DNA of 64,000 nt, from positions 26,213 through 90,212 of the forward strand of contig JACRIK010000027.1 in assembly GCA_016235865.1 (NCBI GenBank). Reading direction: 5' to 3'. Under the pieces are notes generated by a model that saw nothing but the letters and a program-made list of their open reading frames with translations, searched no databases and was not told the origin of the DNA. Below, one piece after another: positions 17,421-27,321 of the stretch; within the stretch, counting starts at the first letter, position 1; each line of letters opens with the position of its first letter. A program made the position numbers and the translations under genes. The stretch is from Planctomycetota bacterium (GTDB lineage: Bacteria; Planctomycetota; MHYJ01; JACQXL01).

Positions 17421-18470
17421 TTAAATGGTGATTACCGGAATCGGCTTGGTAATACAGCCGAATTCATCCCCGAATCCCTCCAGGAAGACCAGAGAATAGG
17501 TTCTGAAGAAAACGGTTACCGGCAGGTAAAACACCTGAGATAAATAGTTAAATAAGATAATCAAGACAATAATGCCGACGGCGAAGAGCGCCCAGAAGGC
17601 GGGCCATTTTATAGCCAGGGCGGCAACCCCAATCAGGATTGCGCCCGGCATGGCCACGATACAGCAGAGCCCAAACATTGGGATGCACATGAGCATAAAC
17701 GCTCCCAAGGTCAATCCTATTTTAAGAAGCAGATAAAGCAGGAACTGTATTTTATTAGCGCGGAGTATCCGGAGGAATATCTTCCAGGCCTCTATGATTC
17801 TTATCCGGCGCAGATACATTATCGGAACGACAAAATCAACAGCCAAGACGCCAATTATCGCCAGAATGATAATAAGGCTGATAAAAGCTATCCCCAGCGC
17901 TACAAACCCCAGTATAATCCACAGGGAAAAACCCTTAGCCAGTCCGGCAAATATCAGGAGAGTCACCGGGATACCGATGATTAACAGGATGCCCAGAAAC
18001 GCGGATGGAGCAAATATTATCCGCCAGAGAAATAACGACCAGCCCGGAGCCCCGTTTTCTTTGTAGGCCTGCTTTATCATAACCTCCTTTTTTATCGTCC
18101 CATCGAGAAAGACAAAGGTGAACCTGGAGCCGAAATAGAGAAAGACCAGCCAGACAATAATAATAAGCAGGGCAATTAAGGCCCCGATAATAATAACCAG
18201 CGTCAGATTAGCCAGCACCCACTGGGACGCCTGGTTAAAGACGGGGTTTGATTCGGTGATTATCGCCCTGTCTCCTCTGTCGCCGGGCATATTGAAATTG
18301 AAGTTCGAGCCTTGGCCCGTTCCCAGCGCCATCAAAAAGGCCACCAGGCCGAACTTGAGCCATTTAACCAGTTTGAATGGCCTAAAGAGGACGGCAATCA
18401 TATGCTTGAATGCCGGGGTAATCGCATCAATCACGGAGATGGTCGGCTGCCTGGTTGAGAAATCTGTCAT
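17421..18470 (-). CDS. Polytopic membrane protein, 349 aa, unknown function
   Basis: At least 7 predicted hydrophobic helices. No catalytic motif recognised. Confidence 0.5.
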   Translation of the reverse strand: MTDFSTRQPTISVIDAITPAFKHMIAVLFRPFKLVKWLKFGLVAFLMALGTGQGSNFNFNMPGDRGDRAIITESNPVFNQASQWVLANLTLVIIIGALIALLIIIVWLVFLYFGSRFTFVFLDGTIKKEVMIKQAYKENGAPGWSLFLWRIIFAPSAFLGILLIIGIPVTLLIFAGLAKGFSLWIILGFVALGIAFISLIIILAIIGVLAVDFVVPIMYLRRIRIIEAWKIFLRILRANKIQFLLYLLLKIGLTLGAFMLMCIPMFGLCCIVAMPGAILIGVAALAIKWPAFWALFAVGIIVLIILFNYLSQVFYLPVTVFFRTYSLVFLEGFGDEFGCITKPIPVITI

Positions 18471-18478
18471 ATTTTGAT

Positions 18479-19054
18479 TCAGGCGCTGAATTTCTTCCCG
18501 GCCTCAAAGGCATCCTTGAGCGCGGTCGGGTGTTCTCTTATGGCGCCCTTGATATCGACCTTATTATATACCAATTCGCCCGAATAGTCTACATTAATTG
18601 CCTTAAAGAAATATTTGATGGTCAGGATGGTGCCGGTAAAGAGATGCTCGCCCTTGGTGCCGCCGGTGGAGATGAAGAAGCCCTTTCTTGTGATTTGAGA
18701 TTTGGGATTCGTGATTTTAAGTATGTATTTGCGGGCCCAGAGGGCCTGGCAGCGGTCGATGATTATCTTTACCTGGGCCGGGACGTTGTAGAAGAATATT
18801 GGCGCGGCCAGGATTACCGCATCAGCTTTCAGTAATTGTTCGTAAAGGGTATTCATCTCATCCTGAATGGCGCAGTTACCGGTCTTGAGGCAGGTATTGT
18901 ATTCCTGGCAGGGGGTAATCTTGAGGTCGCGGATGAATATCTTTTGTATCTGAATTTTCGGGGCGGCAGACAGGGCGCCCTTGAGGAATTCGTCCAGCAG
19001 GATATCAGTGTTACCACCCTGGCGCGGACTTCCATAAAGGGCTAAGAGGAGCAT
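18479..19054 (-). CDS. Flavodoxin-like fold NAD(P)H-dependent FMN reductase/iron-sulfur flavoprotein-like protein (about 191 aa from the internal start MLLLALYGSPR; the ORF itself extends to 19111)
   Basis: YGSPRQGGNT and DAVILAAPIFFYNVP motifs of the NADPH-dependent FMN reductase family. Confidence 0.65.
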   Translation of the reverse strand: MLLLALYGSPRQGGNTDILLDEFLKGALSAAPKIQIQKIFIRDLKITPCQEYNTCLKTGNCAIQDEMNTLYEQLLKADAVILAAPIFFYNVPAQVKIIIDRCQALWARKYILKITNPKSQITRKGFFISTGGTKGEHLFTGTILTIKYFFKAINVDYSGELVYNKVDIKGAIREHPTALKDAFEAGKKFSA

Positions 19055-19127
19055 AAATGTTAGGCGTTGAGCGTTTTGCGTAGAGCGTGAAGCGCAGGAC
19101 GCATAACGCATGGCTTATAGACGCAGA

Positions 19128-21533
19128 TTATCCGCATTCGGAATAGGCGCAGGCGTGGCAGACCACGCAGCCCTCTTCGTAAGACAGTGTGCCGCCGCAG
19201 TCCGGACAGGCGCCTTTGTGCATCACCGTGGTCGAGCGGGCTTTTTTACCTGAGTTCTCAGCCGTAGCCGCGGTTTTTGGGACAGCGGTTTTGGTCTCGG
19301 CCTCCGGCATCATGGCTGGCGGCGCGATAGTTGCCGAACCCTCCAGGCAATATTCCAGGGCCTTGCTGATGGCGTCGGCACAGGAGAGAATCTTGCCGTT
19401 CTTGCCCCAGGCGACCGAATGGCAGGAAATACCTTTTAGCTGCTTGGTTATTTCTTTTACATCGGCGCCGCTGCGCAGAGAGAATGAAATCAGGCGCGAG
19501 ATGGCCTCGGATTGCGAGGCCGCGCAGCCGCCGGCCTTGCCCATGGTGCTGAATAATTCAAAGGGCTTGTTGTCCTGGCCGTAGTTGACGGTGACATATA
19601 AACTGCCGCAGCCGGTCTTTATCTTGCGGGTGAATCCGTAGGTCATTTCCGGCCGGGGACGCGGGGCGATGCTGAACGGGGTTTCCGCCTCTTCAATCGG
19701 CTTGTCTTTGGCCGGCGCCTTCTTTTCCGTGGTCAGGACCTGTTCGCTCCGGCAGCCGTCGCGGTAAACCGTGACGCCCTTGCAGTTGGTCCGGTAGGCC
19801 GTGAAATACGCCTCGGTGATATCCTCGCGGGTAGCCGTATGTGGGAAATTAACGGTTTTGGAAACGGCGTTGTCGGTATATTTCTGGAATGCGGCCTGCA
19901 TCTTAATATGCCATTCGGGCGAAACGTCGTGGGCCGTGACAAAGGCCTTACGGATATTTTCCGGGATGTCGGTCATGGACTGGATGCTGTTATGAGCCGC
20001 GATATTCTTTATCAGTTCCTCGGAATACCAGCCGTCGCGCTTGGCGATTTTCTCGAATATTGGATGGACCTCGACCAGTTTGGCGCCGTCCATGACGTTG
20101 CGGGTGAAACAAACGGCAAAAAGCGGTTCGATGCCGCTGGAGGCGCCGGCAATGATACTGATGGTGCCGGTCGGGGCAATGGTGGTGGTGGTGGCGTTTC
20201 TCAAGAGCGGCCCGCCCGGACGGTCATAGACGCTTTTCTTAAAATTGGGGAAGGCGCCGCGCTCCTCGGCAATCTTCTGCGAGGCGCGCTTTGATTCCAG
20301 CGAGATGAATTTCATTACCTCTTCGGCGGTTTCCAGGCCCGGTTCGGAATTATAGGGGATGCCCAGTTGGATGAGCAGGTCGGCGAAACCCATGATGCCC
20401 AGCCCGATTTTGCGGTTGCCCTTGGTCATCTTTTCTATTTCCGGCAACAGATAACAATTGGCTTCAATGACATTATCCAGGAAACGGACCGATAGGTGCA
20501 CGGTCCTCCTTAATTTTTCCCAGTCGATGGCCGGCTTGGTGACGCTCTGGGTCATCATTTTGCCGAGATTAATCGAGCCGAGGTTGCAGGATTCGTAGGG
20601 CAGCAACGGCTGCTCGCCGCAAGGATTGGTGCTTTCAATGGCGCCGATGTGCGGCGTGGGATTCCCTTTGTTCAGGCGGTCGATAAAGACGATGCCCGGC
20701 TCGCCCGATGCCCAGGAGGTGCTGACAATCAGGTCGAAGACCTTGCGGGCCTTGAGTCGTCCGGCCGGTTTCTTACTCCGGGGATTTATCAGGTCGTAGT
20801 CCTCGTTGCGTTCGGCCCGGCGCATGAACTCCTCGGTGATGCCGACCGAGATATTGAAATTAGTCAGCGCCTTTTCGTTGGTCTTGCAGGTGATGAATTC
20901 AATGATATCCGGGTGATCGTGGTTCAGGATGGCCATATTGGCCCCGCGCCTGAACCCGCCCTGGTTGATGGCTTCGGTGGCCTCGTTGAATACCTTCATA
21001 AACGATATCGGACCGCTAGACAGTCCGTGCGAGGTGGAGACCCGGTCGTTTCGGGGTCTGATATTGGTGAAAGAAAATCCGGTGCCACCGCCGCTCTTGT
21101 GAATCCGGGCCGCATTCTTGACGGTTTCGAAGATACTGTCGATGGAATCGCCCACCGGCATGACAAAACAGGCGGAAAGCTGCTGGAGTTCCCGTCCGGC
21201 GTTCATCAGGGTGGGTGAATTGGGCATAAATTCCAGGTGGGCCATCATTTCGTAGAAGGACTTTTCCCATTTGCGCACATCCGCCTTCTCGGAGAACGAT
21301 TTTTCTATGGAGGCGATGTTCAGCGCCACCCGTTCGAGCATCCCCTTGGGCGTTTCCACGCTCTTGCCATTGGCATCTTTCCTGAGATAGCGCTTTTCCA
21401 GGATGAGCAGGGCGTTAGACGTGAACTCCGGCTCAATCAGGTTCTCTAACGGCTTGGTTTCAGGGGTTTTGAGGTCGCTGAGATTGAATATTTCGGTTTC
21501 GTGCCCGATGCTGGATTGTTTGGTCTTTGCCAT
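19128..21533 (-). CDS. nrdJ: Class II adenosylcobalamin-dependent ribonucleotide reductase, 801 aa, with a C-terminal CxxC...CxxC zinc ribbon
   Basis: Active-site motif TNPCGEQPL, monomeric class II length, C-terminal CPDCGG...CVVCHAC, and no adjacent nrdB. Confidence 0.85.
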   Translation of the reverse strand: MAKTKQSSIGHETEIFNLSDLKTPETKPLENLIEPEFTSNALLILEKRYLRKDANGKSVETPKGMLERVALNIASIEKSFSEKADVRKWEKSFYEMMAHLEFMPNSPTLMNAGRELQQLSACFVMPVGDSIDSIFETVKNAARIHKSGGGTGFSFTNIRPRNDRVSTSHGLSSGPISFMKVFNEATEAINQGGFRRGANMAILNHDHPDIIEFITCKTNEKALTNFNISVGITEEFMRRAERNEDYDLINPRSKKPAGRLKARKVFDLIVSTSWASGEPGIVFIDRLNKGNPTPHIGAIESTNPCGEQPLLPYESCNLGSINLGKMMTQSVTKPAIDWEKLRRTVHLSVRFLDNVIEANCYLLPEIEKMTKGNRKIGLGIMGFADLLIQLGIPYNSEPGLETAEEVMKFISLESKRASQKIAEERGAFPNFKKSVYDRPGGPLLRNATTTTIAPTGTISIIAGASSGIEPLFAVCFTRNVMDGAKLVEVHPIFEKIAKRDGWYSEELIKNIAAHNSIQSMTDIPENIRKAFVTAHDVSPEWHIKMQAAFQKYTDNAVSKTVNFPHTATREDITEAYFTAYRTNCKGVTVYRDGCRSEQVLTTEKKAPAKDKPIEEAETPFSIAPRPRPEMTYGFTRKIKTGCGSLYVTVNYGQDNKPFELFSTMGKAGGCAASQSEAISRLISFSLRSGADVKEITKQLKGISCHSVAWGKNGKILSCADAISKALEYCLEGSATIAPPAMMPEAETKTAVPKTAATAENSGKKARSTTVMHKGACPDCGGTLSYEEGCVVCHACAYSECG

Positions 21534-21747
21534 AAACCCACCCGTTACCCTTCTGCAAACGGATTAACAGATTCCACTGAAGACAGCACGATGCAAAAAA
21601 CTGTTTTGACGACAGTTGAATCGGTTAAAGCCGTTTACTGAACAAATTACTAATTATTGATTAAGGTTTATATACAACTTATTGTATCGAGGCGTATTCT
21701 AATACTATAAATTGTAATGTCAAGAGAAATTTTAGATTTTATGAAAA

Positions 21748-22899
21748 TTATTTTGGCGGAATGCCGGTAGGCGAGAAATTTTCTTTCCGGACGGGTTCTT
21801 TTAAGGATTGCTCAGCGCTATTTTTAGTGCAATCGCAGGCGTTTGGCCCGGAATTTTCACCGGTTTCAGGCGGCGAGACCGTTTCTATCTTCGGAGAAAT
21901 AAATTTTACCAGATTATAGTGAAGCGCCAGATAAAGTCCGCCGCCGGTTAGTACCACATCGACAAACCGGTAGACCAGCAAGTACGACGCTGCATCTGCC
22001 GCATTAATTCCCACGATGGCAAAGATGCCCATCTGTCCGCCTTCAAACACCCCGATGCAGGCCGGGGTGATGTGGAACACCAGGAGTATCTGGGAAAAGG
22101 TGAATATCACGGCTATTTCGGTCAGCGAGAAGATATTTTGGTGATAAAGAAAGTAGAAAAATATCACCGGCCTGAGGATGGCCGCGATAATGGACGAAAA
22201 GTTGAACAGAAAAGCAATCAGGCTCGCCTTCCAGTCATGTTTGAAGGCCATGAAGATAAGTTCCTCGGTATTGATTATCTTTGGGATGATTTTTTCTATC
22301 TTTTTAGTTAGGATTCCTCTTCTGGCAATCCAGGCGGCGATGTGGGAGAAGATTGGGCTGTTCCGGATAATGCTTCTCAGCGCCATCAGGACGATGATTC
22401 CCAGAAAGATATCCACGGCCAAGAGCATGGTCCACATCCATTTGGCCAGCTGTAGTTCTTTCGCCTCCAGGATCATCACCAGCGTGCCGGCGTAGATGAA
22501 CAGAATCAAACTGGCTAATTCCTGGAACTTGGAAAATATCGCCGTAGAAAAAACCTTAGTTTTGGAGATGTCGTAAGCGGTTCCGATATAATGGGCCTTA
22601 ACCGGCTCGCCGCCCAGATACATGGAAGGCGTGATAAAGCCGATGGCATTGCCGATTAGCTGCCCGATGGTTGCATGCAGGAATTTTATTTTTATATTAT
22701 GTGAGCGCAGAATCAAATACCAGCCGATGACGGTAACCACCAAGCCGGCGATTGACACGCCCATAAACAAGGAGACCCCGACGAATCCTATTTTCCGGAA
22801 ATTATCAACCACCTTGTCAAAATCTACCAGGGAAAAGATTATGATAATGGCGGCAATCGCCAGGATAATCAGTAGCGTGTATAATAAACCATGTTTCAT
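21748..22899 (-). CDS. Flippase-like (lysylphosphatidylglycerol-synthase transmembrane region/UPF0104) membrane protein, 383 aa
   Basis: Eight or more transmembrane helices in the UPF0104-like arrangement. Moderate recall. Confidence 0.5.
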   Translation of the reverse strand: MKHGLLYTLLIILAIAAIIIIFSLVDFDKVVDNFRKIGFVGVSLFMGVSIAGLVVTVIGWYLILRSHNIKIKFLHATIGQLIGNAIGFITPSMYLGGEPVKAHYIGTAYDISKTKVFSTAIFSKFQELASLILFIYAGTLVMILEAKELQLAKWMWTMLLAVDIFLGIIVLMALRSIIRNSPIFSHIAAWIARRGILTKKIEKIIPKIINTEELIFMAFKHDWKASLIAFLFNFSSIIAAILRPVIFFYFLYHQNIFSLTEIAVIFTFSQILLVFHITPACIGVFEGGQMGIFAIVGINAADAASYLLVYRFVDVVLTGGGLYLALHYNLVKFISPKIETVSPPETGENSGPNACDCTKNSAEQSLKEPVRKENFSPTGIPPK

Positions 22900-23621
22900 T
22901 CTGTTTCTTTACTTCTGTGGAAAAGTATAGAGACAATAGAGAAAACAACAATGACAGTAACAATAATAATTTCCTGATAATCAATCAGGCCCGGAACGAT
23001 ATCAGAAGGCAACCTGATATACCCTGATTTTTTGGCCAGGAATGAAAATATGCCGTTCGGAAATCTTCGGAGCAGGAAATACAGGACCAACGGATAAATC
23101 AGGAGGCGCAGGACGCGGGTAATTTCATTGCCTGATGAGACAAGCACGGCCCAGGAAAATCTCTTGCCAACCGAAGGGTAGCGCTTGAAGATGAGCGGTA
23201 TAAACCTCGGCACCTTCTGGATATATACCGGATAATCGTTGGGGAAGAGTTCTGTTAGGTGCGTCTCCTCTTTTTTCATCCGGCGGTAATAAATGAAATA
23301 AGCGAGGACAATGTAGGCGGCAAATATTATCGGGTTGGCGCCGACCGAGCAGATACCCATGTCTATCAGGAGGTTAGCCAGATAAAACGGATGGCGGATA
23401 AAGCGGTAAGGGCCCCAGACGGTCAGCTGGCTATTGCGGACCAGGCAGCCGATTGCCCAGATGTGGAGCAGCATTCCTATAAAGATAAAACTGAAGCCGA
23501 TAAGAAGAGAAGTAAAATTAGCCGTTCCGAATAAGAGAACCAGGAGTATGGTGAACCTTCTTAACCAAGCGCGTCCTTTTAGCTTCATATAGGAAAGCAT
23601 TATATATTTCCACGGGGCCAA
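22896..23621 (-). CDS. Membrane methyltransferase of the isoprenylcysteine carboxyl methyltransferase/phospholipid methyltransferase family, 241 aa
   Basis: Motif GPYRFIRHPFYLANLL. It overlaps the preceding gene by 4 bp, which suggests an operon. Confidence 0.6.
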   Translation of the reverse strand: MAPWKYIMLSYMKLKGRAWLRRFTILLVLLFGTANFTSLLIGFSFIFIGMLLHIWAIGCLVRNSQLTVWGPYRFIRHPFYLANLLIDMGICSVGANPIIFAAYIVLAYFIYYRRMKKEETHLTELFPNDYPVYIQKVPRFIPLIFKRYPSVGKRFSWAVLVSSGNEITRVLRLLIYPLVLYFLLRRFPNGIFSFLAKKSGYIRLPSDIVPGLIDYQEIIIVTVIVVFSIVSILFHRSKETE

Positions 23622-23648
23622 GCCAAGAAAACGGCGATAAATATTTTG

Positions 23649-24263
23649 TTACCGGGCATTGAATATGTTTAGGATATCCTCGGGCTGGGTATTCTTGGTT
23701 ACGGAAACCCCGATTATTTTTGCTCCCGCGGAATGATAATATTCAAGGAGTCCCACAGTCCGCTGATTGAACAAGGCGATTTTATTTTGGACCGAGGTTG
23801 CATTGTCATCAGTTCGTCCTGTTCGGTCTCCTCCGCTGTTGCTTCTGATTCTTGCCCGGACCACTTCGGGTGTGCAGATTAGATGAATTACCGTCTTAAT
23901 ATCCAGAATTGAAGCAATGTCTCTGGCTTGGTCGAGGTGTCTGGGCAGGCCGTTAAGGATAATCAATTCGTCGGCGCCGATATGATTGCGTTCGATAAAT
24001 CGGTCAAGTATTTTCCACGCCAGGTAGAAATGCTCGTTTCCCAGAAGAGCGCCGCTGGCCAGAACTTTATTAATGAAATCAATTTCTTCCGCTGTAAATT
24101 TATTATCAGCGTTCTTAGTTTTGGAGATTGCCCGGAGATTCTTGCCGAAGTCAAAATGATAACATTTCCGACCACCGACCCCTTTCTTTTCCAAAAGAGC
24201 ACCCAGGGGTGTTTTACCTGAGCCGGTTGGGCCAAGAATGAGAATGGCTTTATTTAAAATCAT
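23649..24263 (-). CDS. P-loop nucleoside-monophosphate kinase, adenylate-kinase-like, 204 aa
   Basis: Walker A ILGPTGSGKT and LID-like segment RIRSNSGGDRTGRTDDN ... LLEYY. Confidence 0.55.
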   Translation of the reverse strand: MILNKAILILGPTGSGKTPLGALLEKKGVGGRKCYHFDFGKNLRAISKTKNADNKFTAEEIDFINKVLASGALLGNEHFYLAWKILDRFIERNHIGADELIILNGLPRHLDQARDIASILDIKTVIHLICTPEVVRARIRSNSGGDRTGRTDDNATSVQNKIALFNQRTVGLLEYYHSAGAKIIGVSVTKNTQPEDILNIFNAR

Positions 24264-25440
24264 AACTCAATCGCTTGATAATAATAGTGGCATAGGCGCC
24301 GCGGGGCAGTTGTAATTCCATAGTTACTTTTAATCGCTTGCCTTTGGCGAGTTCATCATTTTCTACGCCTTTTATGGATAGTGTTTCAGGGAAAATAATT
24401 GCCTTGCGTTCTCCCCTTCTGAAATAGGTTTTTTCCATTCCGCGGGTCCGGAAATCGTTCTGGGCGATGCCTTCTTCTTTGAGAATCTCGGAGAAAACAG
24501 CGGATATTGTTTCGTCAGGGAATATGGTTTTATGGGTCATAAACGGGATGGATAATTCCTTCAATATTTTGAGGGTATCATCGTTCAGTGATTGGTAAAA
24601 TATGAATTCGCCCAGTAGATAGGGCATTTTAACGATGTCTCTGTTCTTTTTCTGTGACGCTTCGAGATGTTTTAAAAGCAACCGGTTTAACCCCTTATTC
24701 CAGATGAAACTCTGGTAAGAATGCAGGAAAAGCAAAACCAAGTTAGGATTCATCAATTCAAATGCCTGTCTGAAATTGAATGGATGCATGACCAGGTAGT
24801 TAATAATGCTTCGTTCTGATGAGCGGTCCAGCGATTCAAAGCATTTTTTCCAATCGCCCCAGTTCTCGGCGATAGCTTGGCGGGTTTTCCGGACGAGGCT
24901 GCGGTCTTCTTTTGAGGTGGCGGTCAGCGCGGTTTTCAGGGCGCCTTCATAATCGCGCTTAATTAACTGCTTGGCCGGGAATTCATTGCCGCCCCTGACC
25001 GACCCGAATCTTTGTTCGTCAAAATAGTTTGATACGCCATATTGGTTTATTTCCTTAATGCGTTCCTGAATCTTTTCGGTGTCGCTTTTGGATAAATCTC
25101 TCAGGACAATGGTAAAATGATTAGCGGAAAGCGAATCCGGCCTGATGGGCTGATCGGATTGCCCCAGGTATTTCAGGCCGATGGAGTGATGCTGTAAGTC
25201 CTTCATCGGCCCGCGGCAGATGGATATCAGTTGTTCGGTCTGGGCGTGACGGTCCTTGAGGGCGCCGGTGGATAACAGGGGGCGTCTGATATTCCATAGC
25301 TGGAGGATCAGGTTAATTGCCTCCAGGGTGCCGACCGACGTCTTGCTCAGCCGGTAAACTGAATGCAGGCCATCTTTAACCGGTGTATAATCGCTGACCT
25401 CGCGGACGATAAAATCGTTGGGCGTCTGTTTTACTTTCAT
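24250..25440 (-). CDS. truD: tRNA pseudouridine(13) synthase TruD, 396 aa
   Basis: KQTPNDFIVREV, GALKDRHAQTEQ and YFDEQRFGS align with E. coli TruD motifs. Confidence 0.8.
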   Translation of the reverse strand: MKVKQTPNDFIVREVSDYTPVKDGLHSVYRLSKTSVGTLEAINLILQLWNIRRPLLSTGALKDRHAQTEQLISICRGPMKDLQHHSIGLKYLGQSDQPIRPDSLSANHFTIVLRDLSKSDTEKIQERIKEINQYGVSNYFDEQRFGSVRGGNEFPAKQLIKRDYEGALKTALTATSKEDRSLVRKTRQAIAENWGDWKKCFESLDRSSERSIINYLVMHPFNFRQAFELMNPNLVLLFLHSYQSFIWNKGLNRLLLKHLEASQKKNRDIVKMPYLLGEFIFYQSLNDDTLKILKELSIPFMTHKTIFPDETISAVFSEILKEEGIAQNDFRTRGMEKTYFRRGERKAIIFPETLSIKGVENDELAKGKRLKVTMELQLPRGAYATIIIKRLSYDFK

Positions 25441-25479
25441 TTTTTTAGTCAGCGTTATGAACGAATAAATAACTTGCGG

Positions 25480-25995
25480 CTACTTATCGGCAGGGATAAA
25501 TAACTCGAACCGTTCTTTTTTTACCTTGCAGATAGGGCAGGTTTCGGGCGGTTCTTCCCGGGCGCAGAGATACCCGCAGACCTTACAGCGCCAGACCGGT
25601 AAGGGCAGGCTGGAAACGGTATTATCCATAGGCTTCAGTTCCTTCTTCGCTTTTTGCTCCGGCACCGGGCGCCGCTCGGGTATGGAGGTTGCCTTCTTCT
25701 CACCCCGGGCTACCCGGCCCGAAACATAAAGGCAGCAATAACAGGCGTCATAGTCATTCAAGTCCGCATCGCGGTAATCGCAGGGGCAGATGATATCTAG
25801 GTCTTGGTCCTTCTTGCCCGAAGCCAGCCGGCAAGGACAAGCCCAGTAGCCGTAACGGTTCTCGTTTACCAGCAATCCTTTAATTAAGCTTTTGGTAAAC
25901 TCCAAATCGGGGTTGAGATTGTAACCGCTTTGTTTTGCCTCGCGATTTAACTTTTCATATACCCGCTGGATTTCCTCATCGGTGATGTTAATCAT
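25480..25995 (-). CDS. Ferredoxin-thioredoxin reductase catalytic-subunit-like domain fused to a C-terminal rubredoxin-like zinc ribbon, 171 aa
   Basis: CPCR ... CPC ... CYCC spacing like the FTR beta CPC/CPC/CHC motifs. C-terminus CKVCGY ... CPICK. Confidence 0.6.
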   Translation of the reverse strand: MINITDEEIQRVYEKLNREAKQSGYNLNPDLEFTKSLIKGLLVNENRYGYWACPCRLASGKKDQDLDIICPCDYRDADLNDYDACYCCLYVSGRVARGEKKATSIPERRPVPEQKAKKELKPMDNTVSSLPLPVWRCKVCGYLCAREEPPETCPICKVKKERFELFIPADK

Positions 25996-26273
25996 TTTCC
26001 TAATTCAGTTTTTATTTCATCCTCGGCAAACCCCACGATGCATTTCTTTTCATTGATGACCATGGTTGGAAAAGAGCAGGATGGATTCCATTTTTTTATG
26101 GTATCGACCGTCTTGGATTTCTCAGACTCTCCCAGCAGGTCAACATCCACATAGGAATACTCTACGCCGAGCTGGCCGAGCAAATCCTTGACCTTCCGGC
26201 ACCAGATACAGGTGCTTAAGGTATACAACATTACTTTGCCTTTATTTTTCCCATCAATATGTTTTATTTCCAT
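25992..26273 (-). CDS. Glutaredoxin-like/NrdH-like thioredoxin-fold protein, 93 aa
   Basis: Active-site CIWC in a [13 protein letters not shown] context. Overlaps the preceding gene by 4 bp. Confidence 0.65.
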   Translation of the reverse strand: MEIKHIDGKNKGKVMLYTLSTCIWCRKVKDLLGQLGVEYSYVDVDLLGESEKSKTVDTIKKWNPSCSFPTMVINEKKCIVGFAEDEIKTELGK

Positions 26274-26340
26274 AAAACCTCCAAGTTTAAATATTAGAGT
26301 ATTAATCTAACAAAGACATATCGATTAGTCAATTCTTTTA

Positions 26341-27321
26341 TCAACCAGGCGCGATTAAATCCATCCGGGTTAATTCATCCATAATATTTGTTACCTCTTC
26401 CTTGGTCTTGGCCCGGAATGTCTTTTCTCTTAACGGCCTGATGCCGGGGATTCTTTTGGTGTACCAGTAAAAGAACTTGCGGAAAACAACCACGCCAATC
26501 CGCTCGCCGTGGAAGTCGCATAATAGTTCGAAATGTTTATGCATTGTTTTAATCAAGTCATCAAGTGAATGCTGCGGCGCAGTTGCGCCATCCTTGAAAA
26601 ACTGAGCGACCTGCGGAAATATCCAGGGGTTACCCAAGGCGCCCCGGGCAATGGCCACCGCGTCACAGCCGGTTTCGTCGAACATCTTTTTGACCAGTTC
26701 CGGCGAAAATGCATCTCCGCTGCCTACTACCGGTATCTGCACCGACTCTTTAACCTTACGGATGATATTGTAATCCACCTTGCCCCGATAGCTTTGAGCC
26801 CTGGTCCGGCCGTGGATAAAAATGGTTTTTACGCCGGCGTCTTCAGCCAGCCGGGCGATATCCACGGCATTGACTGAATTCTCATCCCAGCCCGAGCGTA
26901 TCTTGACCGAGGCCGCCAATCTTGATTCCTTGACAATAATCTGGAGCAGCGCATGGAGTTTTTTGGGGTCCTTGAGCAGCGCCGCGCCTTCGCCCCGGTT
27001 GACGGCTTTTCTGACCGGACAGGCCGCATTAAAATCCAATGCCGCAAAATCAGATTGGTTTATTATTTCTATTGCCTGCCGGATAAAGACCGGGTCAGCC
27101 CCGAGCAGCTGCACGCCGAGCGGCTTATCCTCCGGGACTGAGGCAATCAGCTTGAGGGTCTTTTTGCTTTTGTAGGCCAGGGCCCGGGCGCTGACCATCT
27201 CGGCAAAAGCGAACTCGCAGCCGAACGAGCGGGTAATCAGCCGGAAGGGCAGGTCGCTTACCCCGGCCATCGGCGCCAGGAGAATCGGCGGAGAAAGGGT
27301 TACTTTTCCGAGTTTGAACAT
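26341..27321 (-). CDS. tRNA-dihydrouridine synthase, 326 aa
   Basis: LAPMAGVSDLPFR N-terminal motif and catalytic Cys ACP in a TIM-barrel FMN enzyme. Confidence 0.85.
   Translation of the reverse strand: MFKLGKVTLSPPILLAPMAGVSDLPFRLITRSFGCEFAFAEMVSARALAYKSKKTLKLIASVPEDKPLGVQLLGADPVFIRQAIEIINQSDFAALDFNAACPVRKAVNRGEGAALLKDPKKLHALLQIIVKESRLAASVKIRSGWDENSVNAVDIARLAEDAGVKTIFIHGRTRAQSYRGKVDYNIIRKVKESVQIPVVGSGDAFSPELVKKMFDETGCDAVAIARGALGNPWIFPQVAQFFKDGATAPQHSLDDLIKTMHKHFELLCDFHGERIGVVVFRKFFYWYTKRIPGIRPLREKTFRAKTKEEVTNIMDELTRMDLIAPG

Noticed and set aside
21534-21747. NrdR box or cobalamin riboswitch upstream of nrdJ
   Set aside because: No acaCwAtATaTwGtgt-like palindromes and no B12-box (rAGYCMGgAgaCCkGCc-like) could be found by eye. 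The region is simply AT-rich.
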